From an uncultured Hyphomicrobiales bacterium (GTDB lineage: Bacteria; Pseudomonadota; Alphaproteobacteria; Rhizobiales; Rhizobiaceae), in contig CAWUJX010000001.1 in assembly GCA_963922635.1 (NCBI GenBank), forward strand, positions 1 through 63,113: DNA of 63,113 bases, in the 5' to 3' direction. Both the position numbers and the translations under genes were made by a program. Positions 10,701 to 19,987 of this stretch are shown here, piece after piece. The notes below the pieces were generated by a model. It worked only from the letters and a program-made list of their open reading frames with translations, did no database searches and was not told the DNA's origin. How positions within the stretch are numbered: position 1 is the stretch's first letter; each line of letters begins with the position of its first letter.

Positions 10701-11310
10701 ATCATACCGCGACTTTGTTTCAAAGGTTGAAAATGCCGAGAAGGGTCTTGGCAAAAGCCGCGATCTCACCAACGCGGTCGCACGCAACCTGTTCAAATTA
10801 ATGTCTTACAAAGACGAGTATGAAGTGGCCCGCCTTTACACCAATGGCGAGTTCGAGAAGCAAATTGCGGATACGTTCGATGGTGACTTCAAACTGAACT
10901 ACCACTTGGCGCCACCGATCATTGGGTTTGGGAAAAAACCAAACGGCCGACCTGCCAAACGGGCATTCGGACCATGGATGCTTCCGCTATTTCGCCAGTT
11001 GGCAAAACTGAAGGGATTACGAGGCGGCGTCTTGGATGTGTTCGGCTACACGAAAGAACGCAAAATGGAGCGTCAGCTCATCACTGACTATCAATCAACC
11101 ATCAGTGCATTGCTTCCAAAACTGAATGAAAACAATCGACAGTTTGCAAGCGCATTAGCCCGCTTACCGGATGAAATTCGCGGGTTTGGCCCGGTGAAAG
11201 AAGCATCGGTGGTGAAGGCAGAAGAAAAGAAACGGGACCTTCTGGCCCAATTCGAAAAACCGGATATAAAGCCATCACAGGTCACACGAGCAGCGGAACC
11301 GGCAGAATAA
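7798..11310 (+). CDS. indolepyruvate/2-oxoacid:ferredoxin oxidoreductase family protein (fused alpha/beta)
   Basis: 1170 aa with a GGGAGG RBS. It has a TPP-enzyme N-terminal region, the CSGCPHN motif and a 4Fe-4S-type CEGCGDCSVQSNC...C motif. Pairing with an adjacent Lrp regulator is a common arrangement. Confidence 0.9.
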   Translation: MGETTPTQTILSETNITLEDKYTATEGKVFMNGTQALVRLPMVQMRRDKEAGLNTGAFISGYRGSPIGAYDFALHQAKKHLDKHGVVFQPGINEDLAATAVWGTQQLDTTPGANKDGVVGYWYGKGPGVDRSGDVFKHATSAGTHKNGGVLAFAGDDHTAKSSTVAHQSDHAFMAAIMPMLFPSSVQEFVELGLFGIAMSRYSGLWVGYKVIADTIETTGVVDLSNENRKFIVPSDFEMPEGGLNLRWPDGILEQDERLQEHKGYAALAFARANKIDQLVFDSKKPRFGIVASGKAYENVREALRQLGIDEKTADEIGLRLYKVRMPWPLEPEGIRHFSEGLEEVLVIEERREIIEHQIKQQLFNWRADVRPRIVGKFDHEDRHILKLNEEMTAGVAVRAISSRLLTFDLPGGIANRIKQKLAYYEERAAVRKKHEAPVTRTAHFCSGCPHNTSTKVPDGSRAMAGIGCHFMSVWMDRNTETFSHMGGEGVSWTGLSHFTDEEHVFANLGDGTYYHSGLMAIRAAVASKANITYKVLFNDAVAMTGGQTHDGPLDPPTISHQLKSEGVKEVWLISDEPERYAKSSFAPGTQVRSRDHIEEVQKHLRTIKSCTAIIYDQTCAAELRRRRKRGLAPDPDKRAFINSLVCEGCGDCSVQSNCISIEPLETEFGRKRKINQSSCNKDFSCVEGFCPSFVTVHGGSLKKPTLPELDASDLPEPKIAQLDDVYNVAITGVGGTGVLTIGAILGMAAHIENKAAIILDMAGLAQKGGAVLSHVRLATDPELVTAPQIVTGEADLLLAADTVVASAQSSVALFSPENTNAVLNTHLNPVSNFIFDRDYDFREVGVVDTIKQHVREDLSQVDFTKLAENVCGDAIATNIMMVGYACQMGLLPVAPQSIEKAIELNAVAVKANKQAFNWGRKFAANPEEALRILERTRPQAQEPDTLEEVIDRRAEFLTDYQDEKYARSYRDFVSKVENAEKGLGKSRDLTNAVARNLFKLMSYKDEYEVARLYTNGEFEKQIADTFDGDFKLNYHLAPPIIGFGKKPNGRPAKRAFGPWMLPLFRQLAKLKGLRGGVLDVFGYTKERKMERQLITDYQSTISALLPKLNENNRQFASALARLPDEIRGFGPVKEASVVKAEEKKRDLLAQFEKPDIKPSQVTRAAEPAE

Positions 11311-11350
11311 GTCTGCTGGTTTCCGCGGAATGTTATCGTGAGACAAGACT

Positions 11351-11377
11351 AAAGGCACGTTTAGAACATGCCTTTTT
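11351..11377. terminator. bidirectional hairpin terminator between convergent IOR and RTX genes
   Basis: AAAGGCA-N11-TGCCTTT followed by TT. An A-run precedes and a T-run follows, so it could serve both strands. Confidence 0.6.
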
Positions 11378-11384
11378 AATTTAA

Positions 11385-13847
11385 TCAAAAGATGAAATCG
11401 TCCGATGCCAGATCGACCGTCAATACACCTTCCAGCAGGATGGTGCCGTAGGTGGCCACATCGATCAAAGCACCATTAGCGGTATCCGTAATGGTAATAT
11501 CACTGATTGAATTGATGCCATCGAGATCTAACCAGATCCGATCCGTGCGGCCAACGCCAGCTTCAAAATCCGTGATCACGTCATCATCGAAGATGCCTTT
11601 GTAGAGAAACACATCATCGCCAACGCCACCGGTCAAGAAGTCATTGCCATCCATACCGATGATGTAATCGTTGCCCTCGCGGCCAAAAATTACATCATTG
11701 CCTTCGAAACCGATCAAACGATTATTGGCGCTATTTCCGCTGATTTGATCGTCGAATGCTGAGCCATATACGAATTCAATCCCGGTATAAGTATCGCCAA
11801 GCGCTTCCCCTGTTGTACCGCCAGTTACCAGATCAACCTCTACGCCAGAATTGGCATTCGAATAATCCGCCACATCGCGGTCGCCTTCGCCACCGTTCAA
11901 TTCATCAGCGCCAAGACCACCAATGAGTACGTCATTGCCGGCACCGCCATTGATGACATCATCGCCGTCGTTACCGTTCAGGCGGTTTCTACCACCATCA
12001 CCACTGAGGACGTCCCCGTAGAATGATCCAACCAGGTTCTCGATATTGACCAGCGTATCGCCTTCGGCATACCCGCCCGCTCCGACGCCAGTGGATAGAT
12101 CAACAACAACACCGGATGCTGACCAATCATATTCAGCCGTATCAACACCGTCACCGCCGTCGAGGTAGTCGCCGCCACGGCCGCCAATCAGTGTATCATT
12201 GCCGCCACGGCCATAGAGTTCGTCAACACCATCCATACCCACAAGACGGTTGACGTTTCCGTCACCGGCAAGAATGTCATCATATGCCGATCCATGAAGA
12301 AACTCGATATTCTGATACGTATCACCTTCTGCGTCACCACCGCTTCCAACACCAGTGTCAAGGTCAACTTCTACCGCATCGTCACTCAATCGGAAGGAGG
12401 CAATATCGCGATCCCCGTCACCGCCATCGATATCATCAGCACCTGTGCCGCCAACAATGGCGTCATTGCCTGCACCGCCATCAATTGTATCGTCGCCTTC
12501 GCCGCCATTGATCAGATCATCACCACCGACAGTGGCGACGATATCACCACGATGGCCGATATTAGGTGATGAAAACAAATCGATTTGCTGTCCATTTGTA
12601 TCGGGACCAGAGAACGTGATTTCCAACACGTCCTGCCCGGTGTTTTCAAAGAACAAAATCTCAACTTCATGGAGACCCGCATCCAATTGAACCGAGCCAT
12701 CACGCGAGGACGGCGCATGCAATCCGTCGTTGAGGATCACCGCGACACCATCAATCAGAAGTGCAAAACCATCATCAGACAGTGAAGAAAAATCATAAAC
12801 GCCGGCAGCGGTCACATATAATTCGCCCGTATAGCGAACCGAATACGTTTCCCGCGAACCGGTTAATTCCTGCGCCAACGCACCCACATTGAGCTCTTCG
12901 GCAATTCCGGTGTAATCCGGGCTATCAGCAGGAATGTTGAAAACAGAAAAATCATCCGGAACGGAATCAAAGAGTTCGTACTGCATACCTGCGAGCATGC
13001 CAGTGATAGTGATATCGGCTGGGGTCACCGTCTGCGTGACGGTTTCCTGCCGACCAACCATGCCTGAATTTACGAGATCGACCGTGTCATTGTTGGTGTC
13101 AGGACCTGAAAGTGACACCTCAAGCACATCACCACCGCGATTTTCAAAGAATACGATCTCAACCGTATGCGTTCCGGCACCGAGAGTGATATCGCCATCT
13201 TCCGTTCGCGGTGAGTGAAGGCCGTCATTGGAGACAACTTCGATGCCATTTACAAGCAGGATGCTGCCATCATCTGAGCGTGTTGAAAACGTGTAGGTGC
13301 CACCTTGCTCAATCGCCAGTTGGGTCGTGTAGCGCACTGAGTAAGTTTCGTGTGATCCCGTCAAATCAAGTGCCAATTCGCGAACGTTAAGATCACTCAC
13401 AACACCGCTGAAATCAGCTCCCGAATTTGGGATATTCGCCGCTGACATGCCGGATGGAACAGCGTCAAAAAATTCATATTGAAATTCGGTAATCCAACCC
13501 GTCATCTCGACTGTCAGATCGTTTCCGTCCACGTAAGAAGGGTCGAGCGTTAGAAGTGCGCTACCATCAAGCCCAACTGCAAGTTGGTCTGTTTGCGGGT
13601 TTCCATTGATCGAATACTGAACAGTACCAGGGCCGAAAGCAGTTGCGTCAAGCAATGCAGTATAATCGAACGGAACCGCAGGGTTTGATGTGTTTGTGTC
13701 GCCATACAACAGATCGTTGCCATCGCCTGCATGGATGGTGTCGTCACCCGTTGAACCACCCAAAATCTCACTGTTTTGAGTGCCGATAACCGGATCGGTT
13801 GATCCGTGCAGATATTCTGGAGAATTTTGATTTGTTGTCTGTGTCAC
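11385..13847 (-). CDS. secreted calcium-binding RTX-repeat protein with two tandem PA14 domains
   Basis: Two roughly 150-aa paralogous PA14-like segments (GGTYTFSTRSDDGSILLVNG and AGVYDFSSLSDDGFALLIDG). Many GGxGxD nonapeptide repeats (GGAGNDAIVGGTGADDIDGGDGD etc.). The C-terminus lacks Cys and looks like a T1SS signal (...DLASDDFIF). GTG 13847 has an AGGGG RBS; the ORF-track start at 13925 is TTG. Confidence 0.85.
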   Translation of the reverse strand: MTQTTNQNSPEYLHGSTDPVIGTQNSEILGGSTGDDTIHAGDGNDLLYGDTNTSNPAVPFDYTALLDATAFGPGTVQYSINGNPQTDQLAVGLDGSALLTLDPSYVDGNDLTVEMTGWITEFQYEFFDAVPSGMSAANIPNSGADFSGVVSDLNVRELALDLTGSHETYSVRYTTQLAIEQGGTYTFSTRSDDGSILLVNGIEVVSNDGLHSPRTEDGDITLGAGTHTVEIVFFENRGGDVLEVSLSGPDTNNDTVDLVNSGMVGRQETVTQTVTPADITITGMLAGMQYELFDSVPDDFSVFNIPADSPDYTGIAEELNVGALAQELTGSRETYSVRYTGELYVTAAGVYDFSSLSDDGFALLIDGVAVILNDGLHAPSSRDGSVQLDAGLHEVEILFFENTGQDVLEITFSGPDTNGQQIDLFSSPNIGHRGDIVATVGGDDLINGGEGDDTIDGGAGNDAIVGGTGADDIDGGDGDRDIASFRLSDDAVEVDLDTGVGSGGDAEGDTYQNIEFLHGSAYDDILAGDGNVNRLVGMDGVDELYGRGGNDTLIGGRGGDYLDGGDGVDTAEYDWSASGVVVDLSTGVGAGGYAEGDTLVNIENLVGSFYGDVLSGDGGRNRLNGNDGDDVINGGAGNDVLIGGLGADELNGGEGDRDVADYSNANSGVEVDLVTGGTTGEALGDTYTGIEFVYGSAFDDQISGNSANNRLIGFEGNDVIFGREGNDYIIGMDGNDFLTGGVGDDVFLYKGIFDDDVITDFEAGVGRTDRIWLDLDGINSISDITITDTANGALIDVATYGTILLEGVLTVDLASDDFIF

Positions 13848-14003
13848 GCAATTGCCCCTGCTTCTTTCAAGGCAATCGCCATGATCACCCAGCCGTTTGA
13901 AAATAAATGACAAATGCAAATTCAAGTTTGAGATGAGCAGAGCAATTTTATTCAGAATTGGCAGTCAGAATTTCCGATTGCTTAACCATGTCATCGCACT
14001 CAC

Positions 14004-14029
14004 AAAAAACCCGGCCTTAAGCCGGGTTT
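14004..14029 (-). terminator. rho-independent terminator downstream of the sugar dehydrogenase gene
   Basis: On the minus strand, CCCGGC-TTAAG-GCCGGG is followed by a T6 run. Confidence 0.75.
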
Positions 14030-14052
14030 GATTTCGTCAAACAGCTGATGTT

Positions 14053-15420
14053 TTATGGAGTCCAATATTTGAACTGAAGCGTTGCGATGCTTTCGTCAAA
14101 CAAACCACGCAAATCAACCACAGGAGCACCTCGCTCCAAAATCCCTGCCAGTCGAATAAGGTCTATGTCTTTCACGAAACAATCATGCTTCGCCGTAACG
14201 ACCACCGCATCATACGGACCTTCAGCTTCGATATCATCGATAATCTTTGCCCCGCGACCGCCCTCAAAATGACTGTCATCGGCAATCGGATCATATGAGA
14301 AAACATCCGCGCCACGGGTCCACAAACTATCCATCACCGCAAAAGACTTTGAATTGCGGATGTCAGGGCAATTATCTTTGAAGGTTCGCCCAAGGACCAG
14401 AATTTTCTTTCCTTTCAGGTCGTGCGCTTCACTGTCCAACATTTCATGAACTTTGTCTGACAGATAGTGAGCCGTACGCTCATTCACTGCTCTTGCAGAG
14501 GCAACCATGTCCATGGAAAGACCATGCGTCCGGCCCGCATTCAAAAGATAAAACGGGTCAACGGAAATGCAGTGACCACCCACAAGACCTGGGAAATATT
14601 TATGGAAGTTCCATTTTGAGCCCGCAGCTGCGACAACGTCTGTGACCTTGATGCCCATTGAATCAAACAATTGCATCATTTCATTAATCAAAGCGATGTT
14701 CACATCGCGTTGCGTGTTCTCAAGAATTTTTGCAGCTTCTGCCACTTTGATGGAAGCAGCTTTAAACAAACCAGCTTTCACCACCCGACTATAAAGCACT
14801 TCAAGAAAATCTGTTACCCGAGGGCTGGAACCAGCGACAATCTTGGCAATGTCACCGACACGGCGCATATGTTCACCAGGAGAAACACGCTCCGGCGAAA
14901 ACCCGACGAAGAAATCCACGCCTTCTTCCATTCCCGAGATTTCCTCAAGCAAGGGAATACATTTATTTTCTGTGGTTCCGGGATCGACTGTGCTCTCAAA
15001 TACAACCACGTTCCCAGGCTTCAGATTTGCACCAATGGTCCGCGTTGCAGATAGCACAGGACGATAATCCGGCTTGTTTCCTTGCATCACCGGAGTTGGA
15101 ACACAAACCACCATCACGTCTGCTTCCTGAAGCCGCTCAAAATCAGTGGTGTACTCCATGTTTTGGTTCAGGAGTTCTTCGCGGCTTGCCATCTCAGTGG
15201 GGTCTTCGCCGCGGCAAAGCGCATCCACGCGTTTTTGGTCTATGTCAAAACCAATCGTCTTGGCGTTGTCGGCAAAGCCAACCATCAACGGCAATCCCAC
15301 ATAACCAAGGCCAAGGACCGCGACAACCGCTGTTTCCGGGTTTGGAAGTTGTGTGGATTCAACCAGTTTTAGCCCGCCCGCCGATTGGATCAGCGCTGCG
15401 TTTGAAGCCGCCTGTGTCAT
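14053..15420 (-). CDS. nucleotide-sugar 6-dehydrogenase (UDP-GlcNAc/UDP-ManNAc dehydrogenase, TviB/WecC-like)
   Basis: Rossmann motif VAVLGLGYVGLPL and catalytic GGHCIS motif, about 455 aa. ATG at 15420; the ORF-track start at 15438 is TTG. Confidence 0.85.
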   Translation of the reverse strand: MTQAASNAALIQSAGGLKLVESTQLPNPETAVVAVLGLGYVGLPLMVGFADNAKTIGFDIDQKRVDALCRGEDPTEMASREELLNQNMEYTTDFERLQEADVMVVCVPTPVMQGNKPDYRPVLSATRTIGANLKPGNVVVFESTVDPGTTENKCIPLLEEISGMEEGVDFFVGFSPERVSPGEHMRRVGDIAKIVAGSSPRVTDFLEVLYSRVVKAGLFKAASIKVAEAAKILENTQRDVNIALINEMMQLFDSMGIKVTDVVAAAGSKWNFHKYFPGLVGGHCISVDPFYLLNAGRTHGLSMDMVASARAVNERTAHYLSDKVHEMLDSEAHDLKGKKILVLGRTFKDNCPDIRNSKSFAVMDSLWTRGADVFSYDPIADDSHFEGGRGAKIIDDIEAEGPYDAVVVTAKHDCFVKDIDLIRLAGILERGAPVVDLRGLFDESIATLQFKYWTP

Positions 15421-15722
15421 TAATATGCACCCCTGCAAATGCTTTTTTTATTGTTAATTCGAACCTTTCTGGCCCGTTCTGCGCAGAGTTCTAAACAACA
15501 GCCTGAAAGATTTAGTGAATGATTTTGGTTAATATAAATTATTGTTTTCGTTACAGAAAAAAGAATCACCAAAATAATTTGTTTACCTTGATTCAAAGCA
15601 CTTTTTGTTAACCAGGTTTGTTAGGCCGCTCTTCAACCCCCTCTTATATGTTGGCAGTAGGGACGCTGATAACGGGGACGCAAAACCGTGATCAGTCATG
15701 CAAAATAAGAAAGAGAATACGC

Positions 15723-16940
15723 ATGATTGGCCTAGCTGCGCTGGAATGGCTCTTTGCCATCCTAGTTCTGATCATCTTCGCGAACAGATATCTGTTCGGA
15801 TCCATTCTTCGCTTGATGGACAAGCGGACACAACCGGATTTTGGCACGGAGCCCGTTGATTGGCCGTCCGTGACGATCGTTACACCTGTATATAATGAGG
15901 GTCCCACCGTCATTAATACAGCAGACAGCTTTGCCCAACTCGACTACCCAAAAGACAAACTCAAAGTCATTTTCGTGGATGACGTTTCCACAGACGATAC
16001 TTATGAGCATCTTCTCACCGCGCAGAGAAACCATCCGTGGATGCGGGTCGACCGTAACCCGCATAATATGGGGAAGCGTCTGGGGATTAAGCGTGCGGTC
16101 CTAACTATAGATACCGATCTCGTCATGTCCGTTGACTCCGACGTGATCGTTGAACGCGATGCGCTTCGCAACATGGTGAAGCACATGCATTCAACCGGTG
16201 TTGATGCCGTCGGTGGATGCGTGTTTGTTTCCAACGCTGACGAAAACTGGCTGACCCGAATGCAGGCCGTTAAATACTGGGTCGGCTACATGTTCCTGAA
16301 AAATGTCGAAAACACATTCAACCACGTCATGTGCCTGTCCGGATGTCTGACCGTCTACAAGCGAGAGGCGCTTCTAGCGGTGGATGAAGATGTGGCCGAC
16401 CGGCGTTTTCTTGGGGATGAGGTGAAATACGGCGAAGATCGCTATCTCACAAGAAAACTCGTGGAGCGGGGATACAAAACCCGTCTCACCTTCGATGCGC
16501 AGTGCTACACGAAAGCGCCTGCGAAATGCAGCAACTATCTGTCACAGCAATTGCGCTGGCGTCGGTCCAATATGATCGACCTGATCACGGCCATTCCGAA
16601 CATCAATAAATTCAACACCTATGTGGCGATCCACTACATCGCGATGGGCATGCTTTTGCTTTTCTATCCACTGGTGCTTTTGGCTGAATTCATTCGCCTA
16701 GGCTTCATGATTCCATTCATCATTCATGCACTTATCGCGTCATGCTTTGGCATTGCTTATGAATTGAACAAACACAAAGTGCCGGAGATGGCGCGCACCA
16801 GTGGCATCTGGTTCATGGGCATGGCGCTCATTTTCCCGATTGTATACCTGACCATGAACCCCCTAGCGCTCGCGACACTGGGCACAACCTCGTGGGAAAC
16901 CCGTGGCGCTAAGAAAAAGAAAACAGCAGTAGCCACATGA
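15723..16940 (+). CDS. processive family-2 glycosyltransferase, NodC/HasA-like polysaccharide synthase
   Basis: Motifs DDVSTDD, SVDSD, GEDRYLT and QQLRWRRS (QxxRW), with an N-terminal TM helix and C-terminal TM helices. By eye it aligns to the GDDRCLT/QQNRWNKS region of HasA and the GEDRHLT/QQLRWARS region of NodC. Confidence 0.85.
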   Translation: MIGLAALEWLFAILVLIIFANRYLFGSILRLMDKRTQPDFGTEPVDWPSVTIVTPVYNEGPTVINTADSFAQLDYPKDKLKVIFVDDVSTDDTYEHLLTAQRNHPWMRVDRNPHNMGKRLGIKRAVLTIDTDLVMSVDSDVIVERDALRNMVKHMHSTGVDAVGGCVFVSNADENWLTRMQAVKYWVGYMFLKNVENTFNHVMCLSGCLTVYKREALLAVDEDVADRRFLGDEVKYGEDRYLTRKLVERGYKTRLTFDAQCYTKAPAKCSNYLSQQLRWRRSNMIDLITAIPNINKFNTYVAIHYIAMGMLLLFYPLVLLAEFIRLGFMIPFIIHALIASCFGIAYELNKHKVPEMARTSGIWFMGMALIFPIVYLTMNPLALATLGTTSWETRGAKKKKTAVAT

Positions 16941-18580
16941 CGGTCAAACTGGTGCATACGGAACATGCCCCGGTTGAAACAACAAGCGTTGCCAGAATAT
17001 TGGTGATGGGTCCGGCTGCGCGCGCGATTGCAGGTGCGCTGTTGCGTCTGGAAAGTCGGGCAGAAATCTGTGCCGCAGATACAGCAGCCGATGCGGTCAA
17101 TTACCTTAACAACGGCGAGTTTGATCACCTTCTCATTGATAACCGTGCCGATGGCGCAATGGCGCTTACCATTCCAAGACTTGCGGCGATGGAAAACATA
17201 GGGCGATTGACGGTGCTGGCTGGTCCTCAATCGAGTGACGTAATCGCTAATGTGCCGGGTGTCGCGCAGGTGATAAGCGCGCCCTACAATCCGATTACGA
17301 TCGCTAAATCGCTGGGCATCGACGTTGTCGATAACCGATCCGACAAAACAGAAGAAATAAACGTAGGCCGCCGTCACTCTGACGAAGCCGAAGTAGAGCT
17401 CCCTGGGGAGGTGACTGGAGCCAGCGTAGATGAACACGAAGAAGACATGCGTCCCGTCTTCATTAGGGCTTTATCTGCGCTGGCTCATATTATCCCCGGT
17501 CTGACGCCGCTGCTTTCAATTATCTATAAAAACCTTGCTCTGACATTGCTGACTTGCCTGTTTGTGGCCTTCATCAGCTACGGCATCATGATCGCGTATT
17601 TCCTCGTTTCCGGGGACTGGTCAAGTCCGCTTCAACTCCAGCGTGGCCATGAACTTGTAATAAAAGCTGAGCGTGAACGTGGCGAACTCATGGTTAAACG
17701 CAACCTGATGTATCGCCAGTTGGCAGACGCCGATGCACAGAAAAAACGTGGCGAGAATTCACTGCAACGGGCCAACGTTTTAAGCCAAATTGTCGGCTCC
17801 ACAATCGAGCAGGAAATCAGCAACTACAACGAAGCGCGTAAAGCCATAAAAGCAGAAATCACCACGCTTCAGAAAATCATCAAAGATTATGGAAGCACCG
17901 CAAGCCGGCAAGCAGAACGTAGACGGATCACCGATGCCTTCAACCGACGGATTGTAACCCGTGATTATTACCAGCGGACAATCCTTAACCTCGCTGAGAT
18001 CGAAGAGAATATCGCCAACTTGCGCGAGCGTGTTTCGGAGAAAAAGCGGGCGCTACAACTTGACGAGCAGTCCGTCACTTACTTGCGTCAGTTGGAGCAA
18101 CAACTCAACGGCGGCGCTGTCGCGCAAATCGCGGTGAACGGCAAGGCAGCTCTTGTACCAATCGCTAACCAGGTCATCGAAGTGAGCCAGACAAGGGCAG
18201 CTGGTGAGGCAGACCTGGCTGATATCGAGAACACAAGAGCATCACTGGAAAACAGCATCGACGTTTTGACAGGCTCCATTAAGGAACTGGAAAGCACACC
18301 GATGATCCGCGCTTTGGAAAAACCGGTGAACGTGCTTTTCGTCCCTTACGACAACCTGAACGCTTATGAAAAAGACGAGAAACTATACACCTGCACCTTC
18401 GCAATTTTCTGGTGCTCACCAGTGGGAACTGTGGGCAACCCGATCAACGGCGAAATCGTAACAACTCACCCATTCTTTGGAAAACCAATCCGTGGCCAGT
18501 TCGTGGAAGCGAACCTGACCGAAATATCGGCAGCACAGAAAGAGATTATCCATGTTGGACGTCCTCCATTATTCTTTTAA
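16937..18580 (+). CDS. membrane-fusion (HlyD)-like protein with receiver-like cytoplasmic N-domain
   Basis: ATGA overlap with the synthase gene. About 130 aa of alternating beta/alpha receiver-like sequence (ILVMGP...HLLIDN...), one TM helix (LALTLLTCLFVAFISYGIMIAYFLV), about 200 aa of coiled coil and a beta-rich C-terminus. The call rests on architecture only. Confidence 0.5.
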   Translation: MTVKLVHTEHAPVETTSVARILVMGPAARAIAGALLRLESRAEICAADTAADAVNYLNNGEFDHLLIDNRADGAMALTIPRLAAMENIGRLTVLAGPQSSDVIANVPGVAQVISAPYNPITIAKSLGIDVVDNRSDKTEEINVGRRHSDEAEVELPGEVTGASVDEHEEDMRPVFIRALSALAHIIPGLTPLLSIIYKNLALTLLTCLFVAFISYGIMIAYFLVSGDWSSPLQLQRGHELVIKAERERGELMVKRNLMYRQLADADAQKKRGENSLQRANVLSQIVGSTIEQEISNYNEARKAIKAEITTLQKIIKDYGSTASRQAERRRITDAFNRRIVTRDYYQRTILNLAEIEENIANLRERVSEKKRALQLDEQSVTYLRQLEQQLNGGAVAQIAVNGKAALVPIANQVIEVSQTRAAGEADLADIENTRASLENSIDVLTGSIKELESTPMIRALEKPVNVLFVPYDNLNAYEKDEKLYTCTFAIFWCSPVGTVGNPINGEIVTTHPFFGKPIRGQFVEANLTEISAAQKEIIHVGRPPLFF

Positions 18581-19832
18581 GGCGTTGAAGCGCACCAGCG
18601 TAATCGTTGTGGCCCTCGCCGTTTTAACGGGCTGCTCTGCCGTAACCACAGGCAAGACAGGGTTCGCGCTTAAAAGTGACAAATCCGTTTCAGGCGCTGA
18701 AGTAAAGGATATCGCTTCCGAACCTACCATCGACTCAATTATTTCAGGAGCCACAAAACCTTCCAAACAAGCGGCAGCGAAGCCATTTACAATCGATGTG
18801 AATGGTTCGAGGCGCTCAGTTGCACGCGAGAAAACCGCGGCGTGCCGTTACTTGGAGGCTAATGCTGCTGCAGAAGCAGCCATCATTGGTTCTCCAACTG
18901 TCAATGCCTCAAGCGACGAAGATGGTTCGGGTTCAGTCTCGCTTGGGATGAACCTTCTTGACTTTAAGAAAGCCGACCTCGTCCGCGCATCAGGCGAAGC
19001 AAAATGCCGCTTGCATGAATCATCCAAGAACGTGGAAGCAACGTTGGGACTTGGTGTTGAAGCAACAAAATTTGCCCACGCATGGGCAAAGCAAAATCAT
19101 ATTCGGCAAAATCTGCGCAATCTCAATGCAGTCCAAGCCCGAGCGAATTCTCTTGTAAAACAAGGGATCATCACAACTCAGGATGCAAATTCAATTGAGA
19201 TGAGCGTCGCCGAGTTGAAGAGCACCATGGAGATTAATCAGGCCGAGGCTAGCCAACGCGCAAACCTTCCTGCCGTCAACGCAGAACGGATAAAAAGCAG
19301 CCATGGCTCTTTGATCGCAGCGACCAATGACTTGCAAAATATCGAACGTGATATTCGCAGCAATGATGCATTTCAGTTCAGCGTGAGTGCTGGATATCGC
19401 TACAACGACACCTTCAACGACAATCTTCAGCGCGATGACAATGGTGGGGCATTTGCCCGTGTAAGCGTTGGTGTCCGGCTTGGGGCTCTTTCTGCCCAGC
19501 GCCAGCAGTTTGAAAGTGATGCATCGCTTGCGCGCCTTGACGCATTGGTCGAAGAAAATTCCGGCGCTATCTGGAAAAGTGAATTCTCTACCCGGGCCAT
19601 GAAAGACATGTCCTCAGACCTCAGAAAGTCAGAGCGTGAGCTCATCGCCGCTGTTGCTGAAACCAATGAGACCATTGCCAAACTCAACACTGAAGATAGC
19701 CCCGAGGTTGTAAAAGCGATGCTTATCGCAAAAATTGAAAAAGTGCGCATTGGTGCCAACCTTGCTGCGGTACGGGCCGCCATCGGTCAGTTGGAGGAAA
19801 ACCGCAGGAATATTCGTGCGCTATCCCAGTGA
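18552..19832 (+). CDS. outer-membrane lipoprotein, TolC/OMF-like candidate
   Basis: Lipobox LAVLTGC after a KR-hydrophobic signal. An alternative TTG start at 18585 would remove the 29-nt overlap. The body is 426 aa and coiled-coil rich. The fold assignment is inference. Confidence 0.5.
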   Translation: MLDVLHYSFKALKRTSVIVVALAVLTGCSAVTTGKTGFALKSDKSVSGAEVKDIASEPTIDSIISGATKPSKQAAAKPFTIDVNGSRRSVAREKTAACRYLEANAAAEAAIIGSPTVNASSDEDGSGSVSLGMNLLDFKKADLVRASGEAKCRLHESSKNVEATLGLGVEATKFAHAWAKQNHIRQNLRNLNAVQARANSLVKQGIITTQDANSIEMSVAELKSTMEINQAEASQRANLPAVNAERIKSSHGSLIAATNDLQNIERDIRSNDAFQFSVSAGYRYNDTFNDNLQRDDNGGAFARVSVGVRLGALSAQRQQFESDASLARLDALVEENSGAIWKSEFSTRAMKDMSSDLRKSERELIAAVAETNETIAKLNTEDSPEVVKAMLIAKIEKVRIGANLAAVRAAIGQLEENRRNIRALSQ

Positions 19833-19987
19833 TCATACGGACGAGACCCTAGGGCTAACGTTCCAGACCAAGCTTCTAAAAGCGAAGCGATCTGAAACTC
19901 TGCCTTTGCACTGATTTCCCAATGCGTTACAAGTGAACGTCATGAAAAATGGAGAGGGTCCAAGCACCATATCCAAAGGGAGTTCAA

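Noticed and set aside
11558-12515. Highly repetitive DNA that might be read as a tandem-repeat or CRISPR-like array.
   Set aside because: The periodicity is the 27-nt RTX nonapeptide (GGxGxDxUx) coding repeat inside one long ORF. There are no unique spacers and no conserved direct repeat.
16757-17437. 226-aa minus-strand ORF spanning the synthase/MFP junction.
   Set aside because: It is antisense to two well-supported, translationally coupled genes, and the Cys/Arg/His-rich sequence looks like junk.
16937-19832. MFP-like and OMF-like genes considered as the type I secretion system for the nearby RTX protein.
   Set aside because: No ABC exporter gene is present, and the MFP-like gene overlaps the glycan synthase stop (ATGA). 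A polysaccharide export role is therefore more parsimonious, though this is not proven.
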